The notes below the pieces were generated by a model. The model ran no database searches. It saw nothing but the letters and a program-made list of their open reading frames with translations, and was not told the origin of the DNA. A stretch of DNA of 32,000 nt, from contig NZ_LT934425.1 of assembly GCF_900232105.1 (NCBI RefSeq), forward strand, positions 330,001-362,000, in the 5' to 3' direction. Shown here in pieces: positions 24,382 through 31,987 of this stretch. Within the stretch, counting starts at the first letter, position 1; each line of letters opens with the position of its first letter. This stretch comes from Candidatus Kuenenia stuttgartensis. Its GTDB lineage: Bacteria > Planctomycetota > Brocadiia > Brocadiales > Brocadiaceae. Both the position numbers and the translations under genes were made by a program.

Positions 24382-24615
24382 ATGGTAAGGCAACTGAATA
24401 AAAAGAAAATAGTCGGTATCTGTCCGGTAGGTATAAAAAAAGCAGTATGTCCAAGTATTAAGAAGACCAGACAAATGCACACACAGTTAATGATTGCGCA
24501 AAGGCAAAAGAATCCAGATTCATCGCAAATTGAAAGCCTTAGAAATGCTTTAAGAAAAAGAAAGAGCATAGGCATTGCGGTCGAATGCGGTACCTGCATA
24601 TATAATAAGCAATAA
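24382..24615 (+). CDS. Small basic 4-Cys hypothetical protein, 77 aa
   Basis: A strong SD, GGAGG (24371-24375), lies 6 nt before the ATG. The protein is Lys/Arg-rich, with Cys pairs CPVGIKKAVCP near the N-terminus and CGTC near the C-terminus. It lies 58 nt after rnc on the same strand and is followed by a hairpin. I recognise no family. Confidence 0.55.
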   Translation: MVRQLNKKKIVGICPVGIKKAVCPSIKKTRQMHTQLMIAQRQKNPDSSQIESLRNALRKRKSIGIAVECGTCIYNKQ

Positions 24616-24635
24616 TTTATTGGAAAATATTTTTT

Positions 24636-24708
24636 ATCCGCAGATTCTGCAGATTAGCACTTAAAAAAAACTATTTTAATCTTCTCTTGATCTGCGTAAT
24701 CTGTGGAT
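24636..24708. terminator. Candidate bidirectional terminator hairpin between convergent transcription units
   Basis: The arms are ATCCGCAGATTCTGCAGAT (24636-24654) and ATCTGCGTAATCTGTGGAT (24690-24708). They are complementary at 16 of 19 positions by eye, with a ~35-nt A/T-rich loop. T-runs lie on the outer sides (ttttt at 24631-24635; ttatttatttt after 24708). Confidence 0.5.
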
Positions 24709-24770
24709 TATTTATTTTCGTCCCACTTTGTGACCTTTAGGTCATGGATGTTTCATTAGAAATGCGAATA

Positions 24771-25286
24771 TTACACATTATTTAAAATACCTTGTTCTGT
24801 ATAAGGGTATTCGAGAAGATCTGACATTTCTCTCGTGAGTGATTCAATTTCTTCCTCACTCATATTTGGATTAAAAACATAATATTCTTTATCTTCTCTG
24901 GGATATTGAACAACAATACATTCCTTGTCTTCTTGCTTTTGCAGGTTTTTGAATTTAAATACCTTCTTTCGGATTAAATATAGCGCTAAAACATATCGTA
25001 AATTTTTTTTGTGCGCATTTTCGCTATCTTCTAATCTGCAAAATATATCCAGAATCAGGCCAATATTGACAAACTTTTTAATGGGCTTGCCCTGCTTCGG
25101 TATCCTCGTTTTCCAGAATGAAAAAAGATTTTCAAGCGCATCTCTTTTCCAACAGGTAGCGCAAAAATCTTTTCGTGTAAAATTTTCATCTTCATCAAAA
25201 AGGGCTGAATAATAGTCCTCTTCTTCTTCGAATTTTTTCTCACAAACACTGCATTTGGTATTCCCTTTATTTATTCTCCATTCCAT
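24771..25286 (-). CDS. Zinc-ribbon (CxxC...CxxC) hypothetical protein, ~171 aa
   Basis: The N-terminus MEWRINKGNTKCSVCEKKF...FCATCWK has a 4-Cys ribbon. The track start at 25319 is a GTG that overlaps the upstream gene. The ATG at 25286 lies 8 nt after the upstream stop. I recognise no family. Confidence 0.6.
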   Translation of the reverse strand: MEWRINKGNTKCSVCEKKFEEEEDYYSALFDEDENFTRKDFCATCWKRDALENLFSFWKTRIPKQGKPIKKFVNIGLILDIFCRLEDSENAHKKNLRYVLALYLIRKKVFKFKNLQKQEDKECIVVQYPREDKEYYVFNPNMSEEEIESLTREMSDLLEYPYTEQGILNNV

Positions 25287-25294
25287 AGCGCAAT

Positions 25295-25942
25295 TTAGAT
25301 AGCTTGTTCTTCTCTCCACAATTTTTTCTGTACGATTTTATAAATTTCATTAAAATAAATTTTGGCAGTTTTCTCTGCCTGATGCATCTCATTTTGTACC
25401 TTTTGAATCATTACCTGGTTGTCCAAATGCGAAAGATTAATATCAACATTTATCTTACCACATTGAAATCCTGCATCAGCAAGTATCGCAGCTACACCTA
25501 CTTCTGATATGAGATTTGGATTGGTAATTTCCGCAAATTCTCTGGTCAATTTTAATACATAAAGACACGTCATTGCGGTTTTTAAGGGTACCATCGTCGC
25601 AAATATCTTTGCCCTTATAATGGATTCGAGTCTAAATTTCTTTTCATCACTTGTAATCTTTGGCATCCGTAATGTCTTGTCTACTTCATTATAAACATCA
25701 ACATCTTCCTGTATTAATGCCGTTAACACTTCTCTGCTCTTTTCACATTCTTTCAGTAATTCCTTTAACCGTCCGGTATTTTGTTCAAATCCTTGTTTTC
25801 CAACAGTAAAATGAATCGACATTGAAGCCATTGCTGACGCCAACGCCCCAATTAATGCCGACGCACTCCCACCGCCAGGCGCCGGAATGCGGGCAGCCGA
25901 ATCATTCAAATACTTTTCAATGGACTCATTTAAATACATCAT
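25295..25942 (-). CDS. Cyclodeaminase/cyclohydrolase-family protein (FTCD C-terminal-like / FchA-like), 215 aa
   Basis: The opening YLNDSAARIPAPGGGSASALIGALASAMASMS is the characteristic start of the formiminotransferase-cyclodeaminase C-domain family. The protein looks all-helical and has the typical ~210-aa length. Confidence 0.8.
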   Translation of the reverse strand: MMYLNESIEKYLNDSAARIPAPGGGSASALIGALASAMASMSIHFTVGKQGFEQNTGRLKELLKECEKSREVLTALIQEDVDVYNEVDKTLRMPKITSDEKKFRLESIIRAKIFATMVPLKTAMTCLYVLKLTREFAEITNPNLISEVGVAAILADAGFQCGKINVDINLSHLDNQVMIQKVQNEMHQAEKTAKIYFNEIYKIVQKKLWREEQAI

Positions 25943-25948
25943 GGCCTG

Positions 25949-26893
25949 TTATCTTTGTATGATAATCCCGGTATCCGTTGTAACAAAATCAAACACTTCT
26001 TCAACATCACTATTTTTCATTCGAATACACCCGTCTGAAGATGCGGTACCAATTGTTTCAGGCATCGTTGTACCATGAATCCCGAATCCGGCAAGATTTT
26101 CTTTTTCTTTAAAACCTATCCACCGTGTCCCTAATATGTTTTTCTCATCTCCGTAAGAATAAACACCGCCATAAGGCGAATACCATGTTGGATTCTTCAT
26201 TTTGTTCTTGACCTCAAACGTTCCTTCCGGCGTTTTATCATTCTTACCGGTACCGATACGGTATTGTTTTACATAACGGTCGTTCAGCAGCACCGTCAGG
26301 GTAAATTCACTCTTACTAATCAATATCTTTGTTTTACCTTTTAGAATCTTGAGTTTTTCTCCAATATTCAGTCGTGAATCCGGTTTTTTATTTATTCTCA
26401 TAATAAGTTCATAATTGGTATTAAATTGCTTTGCAATCTTCGAAAGCGTTTCCCCAGCCTGCACGGTATACAATACCGCATCTTCGGAAGGTTTGGTTGA
26501 AAATATCAATTCACTGTTCAATTTATCTAATAATTCTTTAATTTCATGCTGTTTTTCAGGGATTTTTTTATTTAAAAAAATTTCCGAAAGATGATTTCTC
26601 GCCTCATAATTTTTCCCCTCTTTTAAATATTCATCAATCATACCTATGTTAAACACACTCCTTTTTTCACTGAGTGGCGTCTTATTCTTTTTAATATTTT
26701 TTAGATCATCAGTGCTTATAATAATATCTTTTTTATACAATATGATATCATCTTTTCCTACCAGTAAAATGGATGTTCCGTGATCATTTGCGGCAAAGAT
26801 GCTGGTATTGTTGCTAAATAAAAATAGGCCGCTGTTTACAGGAGCGAAAATAGACATAAATATCAATATTTTGTTTATTGTAATATTTTTCAT
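25949..26893 (-). CDS. Secreted LysM-domain L,D-transpeptidase (YkuD family), 314 aa
   Basis: The N-terminus looks like a signal peptide. The LysM domain reads YTVQAGETLSKIAKQFNTNYELIMRINK. The YkuD catalytic motif is GFGIHGTTMPETIGTASSDGCIRM. Confidence 0.9.
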   Translation of the reverse strand: MKNITINKILIFMSIFAPVNSGLFLFSNNTSIFAANDHGTSILLVGKDDIILYKKDIIISTDDLKNIKKNKTPLSEKRSVFNIGMIDEYLKEGKNYEARNHLSEIFLNKKIPEKQHEIKELLDKLNSELIFSTKPSEDAVLYTVQAGETLSKIAKQFNTNYELIMRINKKPDSRLNIGEKLKILKGKTKILISKSEFTLTVLLNDRYVKQYRIGTGKNDKTPEGTFEVKNKMKNPTWYSPYGGVYSYGDEKNILGTRWIGFKEKENLAGFGIHGTTMPETIGTASSDGCIRMKNSDVEEVFDFVTTDTGIIIQR

Positions 26894-26961
26894 ACTATTA
26901 ACAATCCCCCCGCATAAATAGCACCCAAGTAATTGAAACTCTTTCGATACATAGCAAGCCG

Positions 26962-27654
26962 TTATCTCAACTTTTTGATGATAATAGACACTCTGTCATT
27001 AAATCTGTCGCCGCCAGGGCTTTTAACAAAAGAATTATTGTTGCCATGTCCGACAGTTATTAGCCTTTTGTGAGAAATGTTCCCTTTTTCGTGCAAATAA
27101 TCAGCAACAGCTCTCGCTCTATCAACCGATAGTTTCCAGCTTGTTTCATAATCCTTAGATGGTTTAAAGGCCACTCTCGTATGCCCCTCTACCATTAACA
27201 AAACAGGTCTGTCAGCAGTCAAATTAACCAGGTTATTTAAAGAATGCATGCCTTCCAGCGACAATGTTGCTCCATGCTCTTTAAAATAAATTACTGCAGC
27301 GGCAGGTATATGATCTGCTTCATTCTCCATTTTATCTACTTCCTTATCGCCTGTTTGCGCCGGAATATCATCCATATCATCATCGTAAAAGGTATATTTC
27401 ATATCATGGATATTTTTACTCTCTTCAATACTACTGCTCTCCGGCAACAATCCCCCCATACCTAATGTTATAACATTTCTTTGAAACGATTTTTGAAATG
27501 CTTCAACCATTTTCTTGTTTTTCTCTTCAGTAAAAGTATTAATAATGATAAAAAAAGCCAGAAGCAACGTTGCCAATGCTGCATACGATAACAAAAACAT
27601 GTCCGGCGGCTTTGCAGGAAAGAAACCCTTCTTTTTCTTTTTGCGAGAAGACAT
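26962..27654 (-). CDS. MotB/OmpA-like protein with one N-terminal TM helix and a canonical OmpA-type peptidoglycan-binding domain, but lacking the conserved TM aspartate, 230 aa
   Basis: The TM segment is FLLSYAALATLLLAFFII, with Ala where MotB/PomB carry the proton-binding Asp in (Y/F)-(A/G)-D. The C-terminus reads LMVEGHTRV...SWKLSVDRARAVADYLHEKGI..RLITVGHG. Confidence 0.8.
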   Translation of the reverse strand: MSSRKKKKKGFFPAKPPDMFLLSYAALATLLLAFFIIINTFTEEKNKKMVEAFQKSFQRNVITLGMGGLLPESSSIEESKNIHDMKYTFYDDDMDDIPAQTGDKEVDKMENEADHIPAAAVIYFKEHGATLSLEGMHSLNNLVNLTADRPVLLMVEGHTRVAFKPSKDYETSWKLSVDRARAVADYLHEKGNISHKRLITVGHGNNNSFVKSPGGDRFNDRVSIIIKKLR

Positions 27655-27688
27655 CTAAATGTATTTTCCAATAAAATTCACAAAAATA

Positions 27689-28051
27689 TTAGCTCGCTTT
27701 TTTTAATACAACAATAGCAATTTTGTCTGTATCTCTTATTTCATCAATCCGTCTGCCGGAGATTGCAACCCTTGCCGGAGCAATCGTTTCAAATGATAAT
27801 AAATAATCTGCAATACGCCCTGCCCTATCAATTATCAATTTCTTTTGTGCTGAAATTTTCTGCCATTCGACACCCCCAACACTCGTATCCACAATAATCT
27901 TTCCGCGCGTCATTCCCAAAACAGAACTCAGTTTTTTAAAAATATTATTTGCTTCCCATGTTAAAATTGACTCACCTTTTTCAAAACAAACATCTACTGG
28001 TATTTTTACAATATATCCTACCTTTATCTCTTCAATGTCAATATAATTAGC
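27689..28051 (-). pseudogene. motB: C-terminal (periplasmic, degenerate OmpA-like) part of the MotB-like protein, in a different frame from the N-terminal ORF and with no canonical start before 27919
   Basis: Extending the 27689..27919 frame upstream stays open to 28051 (there is a TAA at 28054-28052). It reads ANYIDIEEIKVGYIVKIPVDVCFEKGESILTWEANNIFKKLSSVLGMTRGKIIVDTSVGG...LIIDRAGRIADYLLSFETIAPARVAISGRR. No ATG, GTG or TTG occurs in this frame before the TTG at 27919. Confidence 0.6.
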
Positions 28052-28400
28052 TTAATTCGGATTTCGTAACAAAATCGTTTAAATATTGATACCATTCTTT
28101 ATCTTCAACAAATTTTTCCGTTTCCGTCAATTCCTGCATTCGCGTGGGCGGAAAATCAACTTCTTTAATATCAACAATGTCGGACTTTGCATCTTTGTCT
28201 AGAGGTTGTTTGCTGCCTTCCAATACATGAGTACCCCCAATACTAGCCTGAACCTGTTTCATGGCTTCTTTATATTTATCAACATTGATCGTAGAAAGGC
28301 TTATTAACATAACAAAAAATGTTACTAACAATGTCACCATATCGCCGTATGTTAGCAACCATCCTGGAGTTTCCGGGCCTTTCGGCGCTTCTTCTGACAT
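28047..28400 (-). CDS. motB: MotB-like stator B-subunit N-terminal part (TM helix with conserved Asp), 117 aa, ending at a stop where the next frame opens
   Basis: PGWLLTYGDMVTLLVTFFVMLISLS matches the MotB/PomB TM consensus (W..tYaDlmTLLl.fF), including the Asp. The start is 5 nt after the motA stop. Confidence 0.8.
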   Translation of the reverse strand: MSEEAPKGPETPGWLLTYGDMVTLLVTFFVMLISLSTINVDKYKEAMKQVQASIGGTHVLEGSKQPLDKDAKSDIVDIKEVDFPPTRMQELTETEKFVEDKEWYQYLNDFVTKSELS

Positions 28401-28405
28401 TGTTT

Positions 28406-29194
28406 CTATTCCTTTTTATTTTCTTCAGACATTTTCATCGCATCCTTCGGCTGCAAAAACGCCTTCAATTTGTCTTCGGTAATCATGGGTGCATCACCTT
28501 TTTGTATTGAAACAACGCCTTCCAGTATGATTTCTTTCGACAAAAGTTCTTTGCTGCTTAACGTTTCTAATCTGCCACCAAGTGGTATAAAAATAAGATT
28601 TGACAAAATAACCCCATACAATGTAGTTATAAGCGCAACCGCCATACCGCCGCCAATTTTTGAGGGGTCATCGAGGTTTTTTAACATATTAACAAGGCCC
28701 AACAACGTTCCAATCATACCATAAGCAGGAGCCACCATTCCTGCAAAATCAAGAATACCCTTGCCAGATGTATGTCTTTGTCTTATTTTATCAATTTCAG
28801 TTCCGAGAATATCCCTTAAGGCATCCGAGTCCGAACCGTCCACCAGTAATCTTACCGACTTAACCAAAAATGGATCATTTATTTTTTCAACCTCTTTCTC
28901 GAGTCCCAAAAGACCTTCGCGACGACTGACTTTACAAAATTCAACCAACCGCTTGATTTCTTCCTCAATTGGCCCAAATTTAACAAATACCGTTTTCTTT
29001 GCTACGGCAATCGCTCCAATTACTGTCGGTATCGGAAATCGTACGATGGTCGCAGCCAACGTCCCACCAACTACAATCATTATGGAAGGTATGTTGATGT
29101 AAGCAATAACTGCCGCTCCACCTCCATCCATCACAATAGATACCAATATCAACGCAGCACCAATTATTATCCCTATTAGTGCACCAGGATCCAT
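28406..29194 (-). CDS. motA: MotA/PomA-type stator A-subunit (MotA/TolQ/ExbB proton-channel family), 262 aa
   Basis: The protein has four predicted TM helices. It opens with MDPGALIGIIIGAALILVSIVMDGG and has the C-terminal channel motifs APAYGMIGTLLGLVNML and GMAVALITTLYGVILSNLIFIPL. A GGAGAA SD lies ~8 nt upstream. Confidence 0.88.
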   Translation of the reverse strand: MDPGALIGIIIGAALILVSIVMDGGGAAVIAYINIPSIMIVVGGTLAATIVRFPIPTVIGAIAVAKKTVFVKFGPIEEEIKRLVEFCKVSRREGLLGLEKEVEKINDPFLVKSVRLLVDGSDSDALRDILGTEIDKIRQRHTSGKGILDFAGMVAPAYGMIGTLLGLVNMLKNLDDPSKIGGGMAVALITTLYGVILSNLIFIPLGGRLETLSSKELLSKEIILEGVVSIQKGDAPMITEDKLKAFLQPKDAMKMSEENKKE

Positions 29195-29485
29195 AATTTA
29201 TTTTCTCCATGCAAAAAAATGATAACGTTTTAAAACAAATTTCGTGTTCATAAAATTTTTTCTCGAAATATTACCTTCTATTTAAAACTTACGCAAGTTC
29301 TTTTTATGTATATATTTGGATTTAAATTGCAGATATTTGCCGTGGATAATGTATCGGTTTTCTTATTCGCAGCGGTATGTCCAGATATGAAATAATATGC
29401 TTCTTCAACTGACGGGGGAAATTTTTATGTCAATTTAGTGGAACTTCTCAACTTTAGTCAAACAAATACAACCATGACCTCTTAC

Positions 29486-30157
29486 TCAACCATGCCGCAC
29501 ATAGATATCGCGTGCAACAGTTGAATCGATTGCAATTTGTGTTTGGCCCATTTGTATCACATAGGTGGGGTATTTCTGGTGTAGGTGGATTTTTATCCCT
29601 GGCAATAATCCCATTGAAGAAAGCCTGTCCAGTCTACCGTTAAATTTCGTAACAATGTAAGAAATTTTAGCGTTTTTCCCAGGCTGTAATTCTGTAAGTG
29701 GAAATACTACAGGGCGTATTTCCTGATCAGTTTTCCTGCAGCAATCACCCGGAGGGATATTTTTCCCATGAGGACATGTTAATGGGTGACCCAAAAGCGT
29801 GCATATGCTTGTTGTTACCTCTTCGCTCAAAAAATGCTCAAAATCACACGCGCTGGAATCCATGGCTTCTTCTTTTACCTCTAAAACATCGTGCAATAAT
29901 CTTTCCGCAAGTCTGTGCCTTCTGATGATTAATTTTGCTTCCACCTGACCCTTTTCCGTCAGAATAACTTTATTATCTTTTAACAAAATATATCCATTAT
30001 TCACAAGTGTTTTCAGATATGCTTCAGCAAAAGAACTGCCTTCCTTCCTGATCAGCAATTCCTTCTCGGTTTCACCATGTTCTTCTTCAATTGTCCATAT
30101 CAACTCCAGCAATTCTTCATGGCAAGACTCAATTATGTTCACGTTTTTTTTCTCCAT
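29486..30157 (-). CDS. DtxR/IdeR-family metal-dependent transcriptional regulator with a C-terminal SH3-like (FeoA-type) domain, 223 aa
   Basis: The dimerisation and metal-site region is LIIRRHRLAERLLHDVL...CDFEHFLSEEV...LGHPLTCPHGKNIP. The C-terminal LTELQPGKNAKISYI...LSSMGLLPGIKIHL is FeoA/SH3-like. Confidence 0.85.
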   Translation of the reverse strand: MEKKNVNIIESCHEELLELIWTIEEEHGETEKELLIRKEGSSFAEAYLKTLVNNGYILLKDNKVILTEKGQVEAKLIIRRHRLAERLLHDVLEVKEEAMDSSACDFEHFLSEEVTTSICTLLGHPLTCPHGKNIPPGDCCRKTDQEIRPVVFPLTELQPGKNAKISYIVTKFNGRLDRLSSMGLLPGIKIHLHQKYPTYVIQMGQTQIAIDSTVARDIYVRHG

Positions 30158-30551
30158 ACAGTTCCATTCTCAAACAATAGTTTGGTTTTGTTATTTTTAT
30201 AAGAATTATCATGATGACAACCATAATACCGCCACCGATGAAATCATATTCCGAACGATATGTACGAAACACTATAATTTTTGAAAATACTTCTGAAAGA
30301 ATTACTCCAAAAATAAAGCCGCCAATTAATGATATTATTTTATTTTTATTTATCCAGTTTCTGTTATCACGCAAGATAACAAGCTGTCCAGCCTTTACTT
30401 TATTTAGTCCGGCTACCTTTATGATATCTTTTGTTCCTGTTTTCTTGGGGCATGACGAACAGTTACTACACGCGCTTTGTGTATCAACAATACATACCTC
30501 TGCACACTCTTCCGAAAGAGAAACAATCCTGCCTATCATTTGTCCCATCAA
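30129..30551 (-). CDS. RseC/MucC-family small membrane protein with an N-terminal Cys cluster, 140 aa
   Basis: The soluble N-terminus GRIVSLSEECAEVCIVDTQSACSNCSSCPKK is followed by two hydrophobic helices, which is the RseC_MucC architecture as I remember it. It overlaps the feoB stop by 4 nt and the dtxR start by 29 nt. Confidence 0.6.
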   Translation of the reverse strand: MMGQMIGRIVSLSEECAEVCIVDTQSACSNCSSCPKKTGTKDIIKVAGLNKVKAGQLVILRDNRNWINKNKIISLIGGFIFGVILSEVFSKIIVFRTYRSEYDFIGGGIMVVIMIILIKITKPNYCLRMELYGEKKREHN

Positions 30552-31987
30552 AATAAACGCAAAACAATTCTTAACAAACCCCCAACGAGTATAGAATAGG
30601 GCAATATAAATGCAAACATTAAAAATGCGTTTTTCGCACCGCGCTCTTTGATCATAACAAAAAAATTTGCAATGCAGGGAATAAACAAGGTGATAACCAC
30701 GAGGGAAACCAGTAACTGTTTTGGATCTATTACATGCCCCACCCCCTGTTCTTCCAACACTTTAAAAATACTAACCGCTCCATAATCTCTTCTTAAAAAC
30801 CCTAAAATAAATCCGCGGGTCGTTTCAACCGGCAATCCTAAAAAATATCCGATTACTGGTTGCCCTATTTTCTCAACAAAAGATAACACTCCCAACTTTG
30901 TAGCAACAAATAAAACAAGCGTACCCAGTACAAACAAAGGTACGGCCTCTTTCATAAACCAGTTAACCCGATAAAATGTCTTTATGAATATATTGGATAA
31001 TTTTGGCATGCGAAACGGAGGTATCTCCATTATAAAATCAGAGGGGGCGCCTGGCAGGATTATTGCTGATAAATAACCAACAAAAAAAAGCTGTGAGCAA
31101 ATAATAAGAAAATATGCCGCAAAATATATCCCGGAAATACTACCGAGAACACTTGCAATCACCCCTAGCTGCGCGGAACAGGGTACCGCCAATGCTAACA
31201 ACAGGGTGGCAATAATCCTTTCCTTTTTCGTATTTAAAATCCTGGTGGTCATCGTTGCCATCGTGTCACATCCCAAACCTAAAACCATTGGAAGCACGGC
31301 CTTTCCGTTTAATCCGATACGCTTAAATGTCTTGTCCACCATCACCCCCAGTCTGGGCAAATACCCGCTGTCTTCCATAATGCCAAATGCAAGAAAGAAA
31401 AACCCTACAATGGGGAAAACGATTGCAATCGCATAGGTAAGTCCTACCTGAATCAGCCCTGATTGCGCATTTAAAAATAATTCGTAAATCAAATTATCTT
31501 TACTCATTATTTTTTGTGCCAACAGTCCAATATAATAATTTATTCCCTCGAAATTGATGTGGGTAAAAGTATAAACCTTTTTAAGAAAAGGAATATACAC
31601 ACATAAATCAAAGCCATCCGAGGGCGTTTCCGCACTGCCAAATATCTTGTTTTCTAAAAAGTCCACACACACACCGGAACCAAACTCTCCCACCCATTTG
31701 TAAACTATCCACAAAATTATTATCAACAGGGGAAATGCAGCTATGGGATGCATGGTAATCCGCCCCAAAACTTCGGTAATTTTACTCCGTGTTTTAAATT
31801 CATTTTTATAAAGATACAACGTAAAATAAAGGGACATTATGCCGCCGGCAGAAAGTTCCAGCACGGTCTCAAGGACATCGGATACCTGCAACTTCATGGT
31901 AATTGCATACATGAGCAACGACATAAGTTTATATCCGATTAAAAAAGTCGTCAGGGGTACCAAAAAGAAGAAAAATACTCCCCTCAT
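30548..31987 (-). CDS. feoB: FeoB-family ferrous iron transporter, membrane (gate/nucleoside-recognition) portion only, 479 aa from the ATG; the frame stays open to the window edge
   Basis: Motifs found: MEDSGYLPRLGVMVDKTFKRIGLNGKAVLPMVLGLGCDTMATMTTR and KKERIIATLLLALAVPCSAQLG (FeoB core motifs), and LGRITMHPIAAFPLLIIIL (the first canonical TM). No G-domain (GxxxxGKS/T) is present in the 479 aa. The 4 codons upstream of the ATG (to 31999) are also open. Confidence 0.8.
   Translation of the reverse strand: MRGVFFFFLVPLTTFLIGYKLMSLLMYAITMKLQVSDVLETVLELSAGGIMSLYFTLYLYKNEFKTRSKITEVLGRITMHPIAAFPLLIIILWIVYKWVGEFGSGVCVDFLENKIFGSAETPSDGFDLCVYIPFLKKVYTFTHINFEGINYYIGLLAQKIMSKDNLIYELFLNAQSGLIQVGLTYAIAIVFPIVGFFFLAFGIMEDSGYLPRLGVMVDKTFKRIGLNGKAVLPMVLGLGCDTMATMTTRILNTKKERIIATLLLALAVPCSAQLGVIASVLGSISGIYFAAYFLIICSQLFFVGYLSAIILPGAPSDFIMEIPPFRMPKLSNIFIKTFYRVNWFMKEAVPLFVLGTLVLFVATKLGVLSFVEKIGQPVIGYFLGLPVETTRGFILGFLRRDYGAVSIFKVLEEQGVGHVIDPKQLLVSLVVITLFIPCIANFFVMIKERGAKNAFLMFAFILPYSILVGGLLRIVLRLF

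Noticed and set aside
24366-24599. Minus-strand 77-aa ORF mirroring the small Cys4 ORF
   Set aside because: The sequence is hydrophobic and Cys/Phe-rich with no SD. The + strand ORF has GGAGG at ideal spacing and lies co-directional with rnc, so the + strand reading is preferred. Neither reading is proven.
28040-28060. Programmed +1 frameshift at the motB stop (prfB-like)
   Set aside because: The junction AGC-TAA-T offers no slippery re-pairing, because the +1 codon GCT does not match a Ser AGC-decoding tRNA. I saw no upstream SD-like stimulator. An indel, a sequencing error or a pseudogene is the simpler explanation.
26962-29194. Zorya-type (ZorAB) anti-phage system, or a TolQR/ExbBD reading of the MotAB-like genes
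   Set aside because: The A subunit is a compact 262-aa, 4-TM MotA/PomA type without the long ZorA C-terminal tail. There are no ZorC/ZorD-like (helicase or nuclease) genes, no TolA/TolB/Pal set and no TonB. The B subunit has a MotB-type rather than an ExbD/TolR-type architecture.
29195-29485. Sigma-28 (TAAA-N15-GCCGATAA) or sigma-54 (TGGCAC-N5-TTGC) promoter upstream of motA
   Set aside because: There is only a partial CCGATAC match on the minus strand (~29352-29358), with no correctly spaced -35 element, and no GG/GC sigma-54 pattern.
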